NCBI GenBank assembly: GCA_043805375.1
Contig: JAZDIA010000019.1
Coordinates: forward strand, 1-52,409
Length of the DNA: 52,409 nucleotides
From: Pseudomonadota bacterium
GTDB lineage: Bacteria; Pseudomonadota; Gammaproteobacteria; Burkholderiales; SG8-39
Direction of reading: 5' to 3'
In this document: positions 40,498-48,662 of the stretch, piece by piece
Layout: every line of letters begins with the position of its first letter
How positions within the stretch are numbered: the first letter of the stretch is position 1
The notes under the pieces: generated by a model
Told to the model about the DNA's origin: nothing
Database searches by the model: none
Seen by the model: only the letters and a program-made list of their open reading frames with translations
Translations under genes and position numbers: made by a program

Positions 40498-41337
40498 TTA
40501 TCGGCTTCGCCGCAACCGATCCAACCCGAACATTTCGCTCAGCTTTCGGTCGACCATTCGGGTCGGCAGCCAGCGCTGGAGAAACGGCAGACGGAAGCTG
40601 TGGGGGCCGCCGCGCACGACCACTGGGGCCGAGTCGGCAAGCACGGCCGTCGCCACCTGCCGGGCGAAATCGCGGGCGGGCATGGCGCCCTTCTGGGAGG
40701 CTACGGCCCGGCCGCGGATGTGCTCGGCCAGGGGCGTAAAGATGGAATCGGCCAGGAGGGCCGCGTTGCGGGTGCCGGTTTCGCCGAGCTTGGACGCGAC
40801 GGAGCCGGGCTGGACCGTGATCACCTCGATGCCGAACGGGGCCAGTTCCATGCGCATGGCATCGGAGAGGGCGTGCAGGGCCGCCTTGCTGGCGCAATAG
40901 GCGCCGGCGAAAGGCGTGGTGAGGATTCCCGAAACGCTGCCGACGTTGACGATGCGGCCGCGGCGCTGCGGCAGCATGAGGGGCAGGAAGGCGCGGACCA
41001 CCTGCACCGGCGCGATGACATTGGTATCGATCTGGCGGCGCAGTTCGTCCGTGGAGAGGTCCACTACGGCGCCTTAGAGGCCGTAGCCGGCGTTGTTCAC
41101 CAGCATGTCCAGCCGGCCCGTCTCTTGCGCCAGAGCCGCGGCCGCGGCAGCGATGCTGTCGGCATCGGTGACGTCCAGCGCCAGGGTGCGGATGCCGCGC
41201 GCGGCCAGGGCCGCCAGCGATTCCAGCCGGCGGGCGGTGGCGTAGACCTTATGGCCGCGCTCGTGGAATTCCTCGGCCAGGGCGGCGCCGATGCCGCTGG
41301 AGCAACCGGTGATCAATATGACGGACTGCGGGGCCAT
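40498..41337 (-). pseudogene. Short-chain dehydrogenase with one in-frame stop
   Basis: TGCSSGIG...NNAGYGL*GAVVDL...YCASK; TAA at 41074-41076, both halves in the same frame. Confidence 0.88.
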
Positions 41338-41409
41338 GGCGATTTCTCCCGGAGATTCGACCGGCCCGTACGATCGAGGGCGATCCGTTGGAACGAAAAC
41401 GTAGAAGAA

Positions 41410-41469
41410 CTACTTTGGTTGCGGCTGCGCGAGTTTATCCCATCGGGTGTTAGTATCGACCGCGAGCAT
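41410..41469 (-). pseudogene. VapC toxin stub
   Basis: MLAVDTN (PIN N-terminal motif) overlapping the antitoxin end, then unrelated sequence and a stop after 19 aa. Confidence 0.7.
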
Positions 41470-41716
41470 TTCTTTCCTTGACGCCGCGGGCGATGGCTTT
41501 TTCCATGTCGGCAAGGGATTTCGCCTTGCCGGTATAGCCGGTGGATCTGATTACGTCCTGCAAGGTGGTGGGTTTAAAGGGTTTCAACGGCCGGAGCAGG
41601 ACACCCCCCTCTGTCGTCTCCACTGCGAATTCGGTCCCCGGAGGCCAGTTGTGGCCATCCCGGATCGATCTGGGCAAAGTGACCTGCCCCTTCGACGACA
41701 GCTTCGTGGTTTTCAT
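41450..41716 (-). CDS. AbrB/MazE-fold (VapB) antitoxin
   Basis: MKTTKLSSKGQVTLPRSIR...W.PG..F...GVLLRP. Confidence 0.9.
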   Translation of the reverse strand: MKTTKLSSKGQVTLPRSIRDGHNWPPGTEFAVETTEGGVLLRPLKPFKPTTLQDVIRSTGYTGKAKSLADMEKAIARGVKERNARGRY

Positions 41717-41745
41717 GGTGAATCTCGATAGCATGAATATGATGC

Positions 41746-42288
41746 TTACCCACCCATCGGGTTGGTGGGATTGCGCTCCTGCAGGATGTCTTCCATGCGC
41801 CACTGGATCGAGGGCTTGATCTTCGGATGAGTGAGGATGTAGAAGCGCTCGTCGCGCACCGCCTCATACACTTTTTGCGCCACGTCCGCAGCCGAGAGTT
41901 TCCCGGACTGCACCGCCTCTTTCAGGCTGGCATCGAGCGCCAGGTCGGCGGCGCTCTTTTGCCGGGTATCTTTCAGATCGGCGGGACGGTTGCGCCCGGA
42001 ATCGGCGATGCCCGTGGGCACGTAGGCCGGGCACAGCACCGAGCACTTGAGCTTGTCGGTCTTTTGCGCCAGCGCCTCTACCTCGGCCGCTTTGGAGACG
42101 TCGGTGCGCACGCCGATGACCCTGGCCCCGGCGGCTTTCATTTCGGCCTCGGCTTTGGCCAGCGCATCGGGCTCGACGTCGGCAAGGACGATGCTCATGC
42201 CCTCGCGCGCGAAACGCTCGGCCATCGCGCGCCCAAGGCCGCTCGCGCCGCCAGTGATGACGGCCACCTTGCCTTGAAATTCTTTCAT
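41746..42288 (-). pseudogene. Short-chain dehydrogenase with in-frame deletion of the catalytic core
   Basis: VITGGASGLG...DVSK..EVEALAQKT joins directly to DKLKCSVLCPAYV; NNAG and YxxxK motifs missing. Confidence 0.85.
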
Positions 42289-42421
42289 GGGACGAACGCT
42301 CCGGTTTAGAGGGGGGGGGAAAAGCAGCATAATACTGAATTGGCGCGCGCGCCGACAGGCCGCTCATGGCGTGCGCGGCGGATTGATTTTTCTATCGCTT
42401 GAATCATTCGGAGGTGGCAAC

Positions 42422-43876
42422 GTGGCACTTAAAGATGGAAATTCATACAGAGAAAGCCTCAGGGCGCTGAAACTCGACGTCACTGCCTATGGCGAAAAGA
42501 TTGAAAACGTCGTGGACCACCCATTGTTCCAGCCGCATATCAACGCCGCCGCTTTGACCTACGATCTGGCGCACGGTTCCGGTGCCGAGACCCTGTTTGC
42601 GACCACCTCTCACCTGACGGGAAATAGAATCAATCGATTCACGCATATACATCAGAGCACCGACGATCTGATCAAGAAAGTCAAAATGCTGCGTTTGATA
42701 GCGGGAATGACCGGCAGTTGCTTTCAACGTTGTGTCGGTTGGGATGCTTTGAACGCCAATTACACGGTTACTTTCGAAATGGACCGCGAATTGGGGACCG
42801 ATTATCACCGACGTTTTCGTCGTTATCTCGAGTTCATCCAGGAGAACGACCTGATGGTGGCCGGCTCCATGACCGATCCCAAGGGGGATCGAGGGCTATC
42901 GCCCGGAAAACAAAAAGACCCGGATATGTTCGTTCATATTGTCGAAAAGAACGACAAGGGAATTGTCATCCGGGGGGCCAAAGCCCATCAGACGGGGGTC
43001 GTTAACTCGCACGAAATGCTGATCATGCCGACCATTGCCATGGGAGAAGAGGACAAGGCCTATGCCGTGGCCTGCGCGTTGCCCACGAACACGCCCGGCG
43101 TGCTCCATATTTTCGGTCGTCAAACCAACGATACAAGACGCACGGAGAGGGGGGAACTCGATCTGGGGAATGCCAAGTACGGCGTCGTCGGAGGCGAAGC
43201 CCTGACCGTCCTGGAGAACGTTTTTGTGCCCTGGGAGCGGGTCTTCATGTGCGAGGAATATCAGTACGCCGGGCTGCTGGTGGAAAGGTTCGCCAGCTAC
43301 CATCGGCAAAACTACGGCGGCTGCAAGGCGGGGGTCAGCGACGTCATCATCGGAGCGACGACGGCCATGGCCGAATACAACGGCACCGCCAAAGCTTCGC
43401 ACGTTCGGGATAAGGTCGTGGAAATGGTTCACCTCACCGAAACCCTCTACTGCGGATCGATCGCCTGTTCCTGCGAAGGGGCGCCGACCGCTTCCGGGGC
43501 CTATTTCGTCGACCCGCTGCTCGCCAACACGGTCAAACAGAACGTGACGCGTTTCATCTACGAAATTGCGCGGTTGTCGCACGACATTTCCGGCGGTTGC
43601 ATCGCCACCATGCCTTCCGAAAAGGATCTGCGCGACGCGCGAATCGGGAAATACGTGGATAAGTATTTCAGTGGCGTAGCAGCGGTCTCCACCGAGGATC
43701 GCATGCGCATGGCGAGGCTGGTCGAGAATATGACCGGAGGCACGGCCCTGGTGGAAAGCATGCATGGTGCCGGTTCGCCGCAAGCTCAGAGAGTCATGAT
43801 CCTGCGTCAGGCAAATCTTGGCCGCAAGGTGAGGCTCGCCAAGAAACTTGCCGGTATTCGGGACGAGAAATCATAA
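42422..43876 (+). CDS. abfD: 4-hydroxybutyryl-CoA dehydratase / vinylacetyl-CoA isomerase
   Basis: GTG start with RBS GGAGGT; INRFTHIHQS, GSCFQRCVG and YHRQNYGGCKAG ([4Fe-4S] Cys/Cys/His/Cys), MTDPKGDR, ESMHGAGSPQAQ. Confidence 0.92.
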   Translation: MALKDGNSYRESLRALKLDVTAYGEKIENVVDHPLFQPHINAAALTYDLAHGSGAETLFATTSHLTGNRINRFTHIHQSTDDLIKKVKMLRLIAGMTGSCFQRCVGWDALNANYTVTFEMDRELGTDYHRRFRRYLEFIQENDLMVAGSMTDPKGDRGLSPGKQKDPDMFVHIVEKNDKGIVIRGAKAHQTGVVNSHEMLIMPTIAMGEEDKAYAVACALPTNTPGVLHIFGRQTNDTRRTERGELDLGNAKYGVVGGEALTVLENVFVPWERVFMCEEYQYAGLLVERFASYHRQNYGGCKAGVSDVIIGATTAMAEYNGTAKASHVRDKVVEMVHLTETLYCGSIACSCEGAPTASGAYFVDPLLANTVKQNVTRFIYEIARLSHDISGGCIATMPSEKDLRDARIGKYVDKYFSGVAAVSTEDRMRMARLVENMTGGTALVESMHGAGSPQAQRVMILRQANLGRKVRLAKKLAGIRDEKS

Positions 43877-43890
43877 GCGGTATGCAGAGG

Positions 43891-43950
43891 ATGAAAGTCG
43901 GCGTCAAGTTCTACGGGAACTGCAACCCTTATCCAGACGGTCCTGCGGCA
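43891..43950 (+). pseudogene. Possible stub of a small Cys-motif protein (K.G.KYCGGCNP-like)
   Basis: MKVGVKFYGNCNP with RBS GAGG right after abfD; frame loses coherence afterwards. Confidence 0.35.
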
Positions 43951-44011
43951 ATCAAGGCAGATGGAATAGCGGGCGACCCGGTTGGCTTCAGGCTCGGCCG
44001 GCTGAGGGACG

Positions 44012-44419
44012 TTATTTTTTCGCCAGGAGGGGCGGTACCGTGCGCGGCCGGCCGTTCCTGTCGGTGGCGACGTAGGTGAGCGTCGCCTCGGTCACCTTGA
44101 CGATCTCTATGTCCTCGGGATTGCGCTGCGCGTACACCTCGACGTTGATGGTGATCGAAGTGTTGCCGACGCGCACGATCTCGGCGTAGAAGGAGAGCAG
44201 ATCGCCGATTTGCACCGGCTGCTTGAACTGGAACGAATTCACCGCCACCGTGGCCACGCGGCCGCGCGCGCGGCGCCCGGCGAGCACGCCGCCGGCAATA
44301 TCGACCTGGGACATGATCCAGCCCCCGAAAATATCGCCGTGATGGTTGGCGTCGGCGGGCATGGGCATGACCCGCAGCACCGGTTTCTTGTCTTCGGGAA
44401 GTTTCAATGGTTCAGCCAT
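44012..44419 (-). CDS. Acyl-CoA thioesterase, YciA hotdog family
   Basis: MPADANHHGDIFGGWIMSQVDIAG, VATVAV, VTEATLTYVA. Confidence 0.92.
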   Translation of the reverse strand: MAEPLKLPEDKKPVLRVMPMPADANHHGDIFGGWIMSQVDIAGGVLAGRRARGRVATVAVNSFQFKQPVQIGDLLSFYAEIVRVGNTSITINVEVYAQRNPEDIEIVKVTEATLTYVATDRNGRPRTVPPLLAKK

Positions 44420-44562
44420 GGTGTCGAATCTTACGCCTAATATTCTTCAGGGTCTTCGGCGACTAGTACAGGTGATTTCAGAGAGATACGTGCCTGACAG
44501 CCGCATGGATACTGGGTCCGCGGCATTTTCAATGCTGTTCGAACTGGTGTGTTGTTCGCCGG

Positions 44563-45264
44563 TCACTTGAACAAACCCTTGATCGCGGATCCTGCCTTGC
44601 CCAGCGCGTCGCCGGCCGACTTCATCAGGCGATCGAAGCTCACTGCGCCGGTCAGTTTTGCCTTCAGCGCGCCGGCCACTTCCTGCCCCAGTTCGCCGGC
44701 GGTGATGCCACCCTTGACGCGGCCGATGTTTTTCAGCGTAATGTCCGGAAGCGGTACGCTGACGGTCTTACCGTTCATGAAGGCGGCGCTCGCCTGCGCC
44801 TTCGCATCGCGAATGGTCAGTTGCTCGACAATCAGCTTCCTGCCGTCCTTCTTGCCCTCGGAGGGGCTGAGATAGGCCGCAATGTTTTTCTGGATGGCGT
44901 CGAAGTTGGTCATCGCGTCGCCTTTTTCATAGATCACGTCGGGGGCGACCACGGCGATACCACGAATCACGATGACATCCTTGGTGACCGAGGCGATGTC
45001 GATGTCGACGTCGATCCGGGCAACCTTGAGAGCATGCGAGGTCTTGAAGCCGGCAGGATTGCCGATGGCGAGGTTGCTGATCGTGCCCTTGCCGTCGGCG
45101 GGAGCAATCTTCACCGCGCCGACGCTGACTTTCGCCTGCGTCATGGCGCTGCCGTAGTTCTCGATGGCGTCCTTGATCAGGCCATCGATGTTGCCGGAAA
45201 GCCAGAAAAGGGCGCCGCCGATAATGGCGACCAAGAGGAGCAGGACGGTGGCGATTTTTTTCAT
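44563..45264 (-). CDS. AsmA-like N-anchored membrane protein
   Basis: N-terminal TM helix, NPAGF, VPLPDITLKNIG. Confidence 0.7.
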   Translation of the reverse strand: MKKIATVLLLLVAIIGGALFWLSGNIDGLIKDAIENYGSAMTQAKVSVGAVKIAPADGKGTISNLAIGNPAGFKTSHALKVARIDVDIDIASVTKDVIVIRGIAVVAPDVIYEKGDAMTNFDAIQKNIAAYLSPSEGKKDGRKLIVEQLTIRDAKAQASAAFMNGKTVSVPLPDITLKNIGRVKGGITAGELGQEVAGALKAKLTGAVSFDRLMKSAGDALGKAGSAIKGLFK

Positions 45265-45283
45265 GGTTTTTTCTCGGGAAAAT

Positions 45284-45312
45284 ATGGCATGGCGTGACAT
45301 GGCATGGCGTGA
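45284..45312 (+). repeat. Tandem duplication with period 15 in the divergent intergenic region
   Basis: ATGGCATGGCGTGA c ATGGCATGGCGTGA. Confidence 0.8.
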
Positions 45313-45506
45313 ACCTTGATACACGGCGCGGCACACGATATTCTTAAAGCATACGAAATGGGCGAATGTCTGTCCATTGACTTTGCGACCGATGGGGCAA
45401 ACATCCGCCCCATGTGCGAAAATGGCTACTCTGCAGCGGCTGCGCTCCGTTTGGCGCCGCCCGAACCCGCAGCCGAATCGACCTTCATTTCCTACCCCAC
45501 CCAAAC

Positions 45507-47342
45507 ATGGCACGTGGAAGCCGTTCCGCCATCCTGTCCGTAGACGCAGACCCGCCCGCGCCCGGCACGCGACGCAATGAATGGCGCGCGGTCGGCATGC
45601 TGCTGCCATACCTGTGGGAATACAAGTGGCGAGTGCTGGTCGCGCTGGTGTTCCTCGCCTCAGCCAAGCTTGCCAACGTCGGCGTGCCGCTGGTGTTGAA
45701 GAATATCGTCGATTCGCTCTCGCCCGCGCAGCAGGTCTTGGCGCTGCCTCTGGCGCTGCTCGTCGCCTACGGCCTGCTGCGGCTCTCGACGGTGTTGTTC
45801 GCCGAGTTGCGCGACGTGGTGTTCGTGCGCGTGACGCAGCGCGCAATCCGGCGCGTCGCGCTTACCGTGTTCCGCCATCTGCACAGCCTGAGCCTGCGCT
45901 TTCACCTCGATCGCCAAACCGGCGGCATGACGCGCGACATCGAGCGCGGCACGCGCGGCATCTCCACCTTGCTTTCCTTCATGCTGTTTTCCGTCATTCC
46001 GGTGATTCTGGAATTCAGCCTGGTGGCGGCGGTGCTGCTGACCAGATTCGACTGGCGTTTTGCCGCCGTGACTTTCGCCGCAGTCGCGATTTACATCTTT
46101 TTCACCGTCAGCATCACCGAGTGGCGCATGGACATCCGCCGCCAGGCGAATGAACTCGATTCCAGGGCCAACACCCGCGCCATCGACAGCCTGCTCAATT
46201 ACGAGACGGTGAAATATTTCAACAACGAGGAGTACGAAGCGCGGCGCTACGACGACAACCTGCAGAAGTACGAATCGGCCGCGGTGAAAAACGAGGTCTC
46301 GCTCGGACTGCTGAACGTTGGCCAGAGCTGCGTCATCGCCATCGCCGTGACCCTGCTCATGATTCTGGCGGCGGAGGGCGTGGTGAACAATACGCTGACG
46401 CTGGGCGACCTGGTGCTGATCAACGGGCTCCTGATCCAGCTCTATATCCCGCTCAATTTTCTCGGCATGGTCTACCGCGAGATCAAGCAGGCACTGATCG
46501 ACACAGACCGGATGTTCCGGCTGCTGGAGCAGAACCGCGAAATCCAGGACGGCCCGAACGCGGTCACGCTCGCCGCGGGCAGCGCCTCGATCCGCTTCGA
46601 GCACGTGGATTTCTCCTACGACCCGAAGCGCCAGATCCTGTTCGACGCGTCGTTCGACGTTCCCGCCGGCAGCAAGGTCGCCGTAGTCGGGCATTCGGGC
46701 TCGGGCAAATCGACGCTGGCGCGGCTGCTGTACCGATTCTACGATGTTGGCCGCGGCGCCATCATCATCAACGGCAGCGACATCCGCGCGGTGCGGCAGG
46801 CGAGCCTGCGCGGCGCCATCGGCATCGTGCCGCAGGACACGGTGCTGTTCAACGACAGCATTTACTACAATATCCAATACGGCCGGCCCGCGGCGACGCA
46901 CGAAGAGGTGATTGGGGCGGCCAGGGCGGCGCATATCCACGAGTTCATCGAAAGCCTGCCGGACAGGTATGAGGCGCGCGTGGGCGAGCGCGGCCTGAAG
47001 CTGTCGGGCGGCGAGAAGCAGCGCGTCGCCATTGCGCGCGCCATCCTCAAGAATCCCTCGATCCTGATTTTCGACGAGGCCACCTCGGCGCTCGACTCGG
47101 AAACCGAGCAGTCGATTCAGGCGGAGCTTGCGCGCATCGCGCAGGGGCATACCACTCTGGTGATTGCGCATCGCCTGTCCACGATCATGGATGCAGACCA
47201 GATCCTGGTGATGGAGGGCGGGCGTATCATCGAGCGCGGCGGTCACCGTGAGCTGCTGGATCGCAACGGCGCTTACGCCCAGATGTGGGCCCTGCAGCAG
47301 CAGGAGGAGTCGCAGCAGTCGCGCGAACGGGCTATCGCTTGA
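45507..47342 (+). CDS. ATM1/HMT1-type ABC exporter (fused permease-ATPase)
   Basis: LSLRFHLDRQTG, DSLLNYETVKYF, PLNFLG, GHSGSGKST, LSGGEKQR, DEATSALD. Confidence 0.93.
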   Translation: MARGSRSAILSVDADPPAPGTRRNEWRAVGMLLPYLWEYKWRVLVALVFLASAKLANVGVPLVLKNIVDSLSPAQQVLALPLALLVAYGLLRLSTVLFAELRDVVFVRVTQRAIRRVALTVFRHLHSLSLRFHLDRQTGGMTRDIERGTRGISTLLSFMLFSVIPVILEFSLVAAVLLTRFDWRFAAVTFAAVAIYIFFTVSITEWRMDIRRQANELDSRANTRAIDSLLNYETVKYFNNEEYEARRYDDNLQKYESAAVKNEVSLGLLNVGQSCVIAIAVTLLMILAAEGVVNNTLTLGDLVLINGLLIQLYIPLNFLGMVYREIKQALIDTDRMFRLLEQNREIQDGPNAVTLAAGSASIRFEHVDFSYDPKRQILFDASFDVPAGSKVAVVGHSGSGKSTLARLLYRFYDVGRGAIIINGSDIRAVRQASLRGAIGIVPQDTVLFNDSIYYNIQYGRPAATHEEVIGAARAAHIHEFIESLPDRYEARVGERGLKLSGGEKQRVAIARAILKNPSILIFDEATSALDSETEQSIQAELARIAQGHTTLVIAHRLSTIMDADQILVMEGGRIIERGGHRELLDRNGAYAQMWALQQQEESQQSRERAIA

Positions 47343-47484
47343 AGAGAGGGGTTTTACCCGCTGGTTTTACCGGCGCTATTCAATTTCTGCTTTAGATAGC
47401 ATCGCTATCCTGTTATTCTTGCTTGCCAAATGGAAATTTGGCGGCTAGACTCCGCGAACACTCATTGTCGCGTCCGGGAGCAAA

Positions 47485-48405
47485 ATGCCGTTGTCCATGC
47501 GCCATAGGTTGATTTGTGCCGGCCTCGGTCTTGGACTCGCGTCCGCTGCCTACGCCGGCCATGTCGAAGCGCGTAGCCGCGTCGACAATGCCACGCCCAC
47601 CGCGCACAAGCTGTCGCTGCGCTCGAGCGCCGCCATTATCCAGGACCAGGAAACGGGCGAGATTCTCTACGGCAAGAATGCGAGCACGGTAGCGCCCATC
47701 GCCTCGATCACCAAGCTGATGACGGCAATGGTGGTGCTGGACGGCGGCCTCGATCTGCAGGAAATTATCACCATTTCGGGCGAAGACATGGATTCGCAGC
47801 ACGGCACGCACTCGCGCCTGAAACCCGGCGCCAGCCTTAGCCGCGACGAGTTGCTGCGCGTGGCGCTCATGGCCTCGGAGAACCGCGCCGCGGCAGCCCT
47901 GGCGCGCAGCTATCCGGGCGGCATCGACGCGTTCAAACGCGCTATGAACCACAAGGCGCAGATGCTGGGCATGAACGATTCGCGCTTTGACGACGCCACC
48001 GGGCTCTCCAGCGCCAATGTGTCCAGCGCCGAGGATCTGGTCAAGTTGGTGCGCGCCGCGCATCAATACGAGCTCATCCGCAGCTATACGACTCTCACCG
48101 GACACGAGGTCCGGGTTGCCGGCAGGCCGCTTGCTTACCGCAATACCAACCGGCTGGTGGCGAACGGAAGTTGGAACATCGGCCTGTCCAAGACCGGTTT
48201 CACCAACGACGCCGGCCGCTGCCTGGTGCTGCAGGCGACCCTCGCCGAGCGCCAGGTGATCATCGTGCTCCTGGACTCATGGGGGAAACTCTCGCGCATC
48301 GGCGATGCCAACCGCATCCGTGTCTGGCTCGAGGCGAACGCAAGGCCGCAAAGCAGCGGCGTGCACAAAGCCGCACAGGGAAGCCGCAAGCCCGCGCCAG
48401 CCTGA
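47485..48405 (+). CDS. pbpG: D-alanyl-D-alanine endopeptidase (PBP7, peptidase S11)
   Basis: SITK, SEN, KTG motifs; LDSWGKLSRIGDANRIR. Confidence 0.88.
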   Translation: MPLSMRHRLICAGLGLGLASAAYAGHVEARSRVDNATPTAHKLSLRSSAAIIQDQETGEILYGKNASTVAPIASITKLMTAMVVLDGGLDLQEIITISGEDMDSQHGTHSRLKPGASLSRDELLRVALMASENRAAAALARSYPGGIDAFKRAMNHKAQMLGMNDSRFDDATGLSSANVSSAEDLVKLVRAAHQYELIRSYTTLTGHEVRVAGRPLAYRNTNRLVANGSWNIGLSKTGFTNDAGRCLVLQATLAERQVIIVLLDSWGKLSRIGDANRIRVWLEANARPQSSGVHKAAQGSRKPAPA

Positions 48406-48573
48406 AACCGGCGGGCACAACCCACTGCGGCCGAGGTGGCGATGGCGCAGCGGGAGCAGCGCCCCCGTGCCGGCTTCGCACCCGGTGAGACCTGGACCGA
48501 CGCAGCCGATCTCTTCAGCGTGCACGGCCTGATCGGCGTCCAGTCCGACGAATCAACGAGCGCTTTCCTGGAT

Positions 48574-48579
48574 TATAAT
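48574..48579 (+). promoter_or_regulatory. -10 box upstream of glgP
   Basis: Consensus TATAAT 83 bp before ATG 48663. Confidence 0.5.
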
Positions 48580-48585
48580 GAAGAC

Positions 48586-48648
48586 CTGTTTCAGACCGAC
48601 CGAAACAGCCCCCGACTCAGGGCAGCATGAGGGAATGTCTCCTGCTCA
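48586..48648 (+). repeat. Two-hairpin intergenic element, copy 2 (predicted glgP 5' UTR)
   Basis: 50/63 identical to reverse complement of 25228-25288. Confidence 0.8.
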
Positions 48649-48662
48649 AGCAAAGGCAATTC

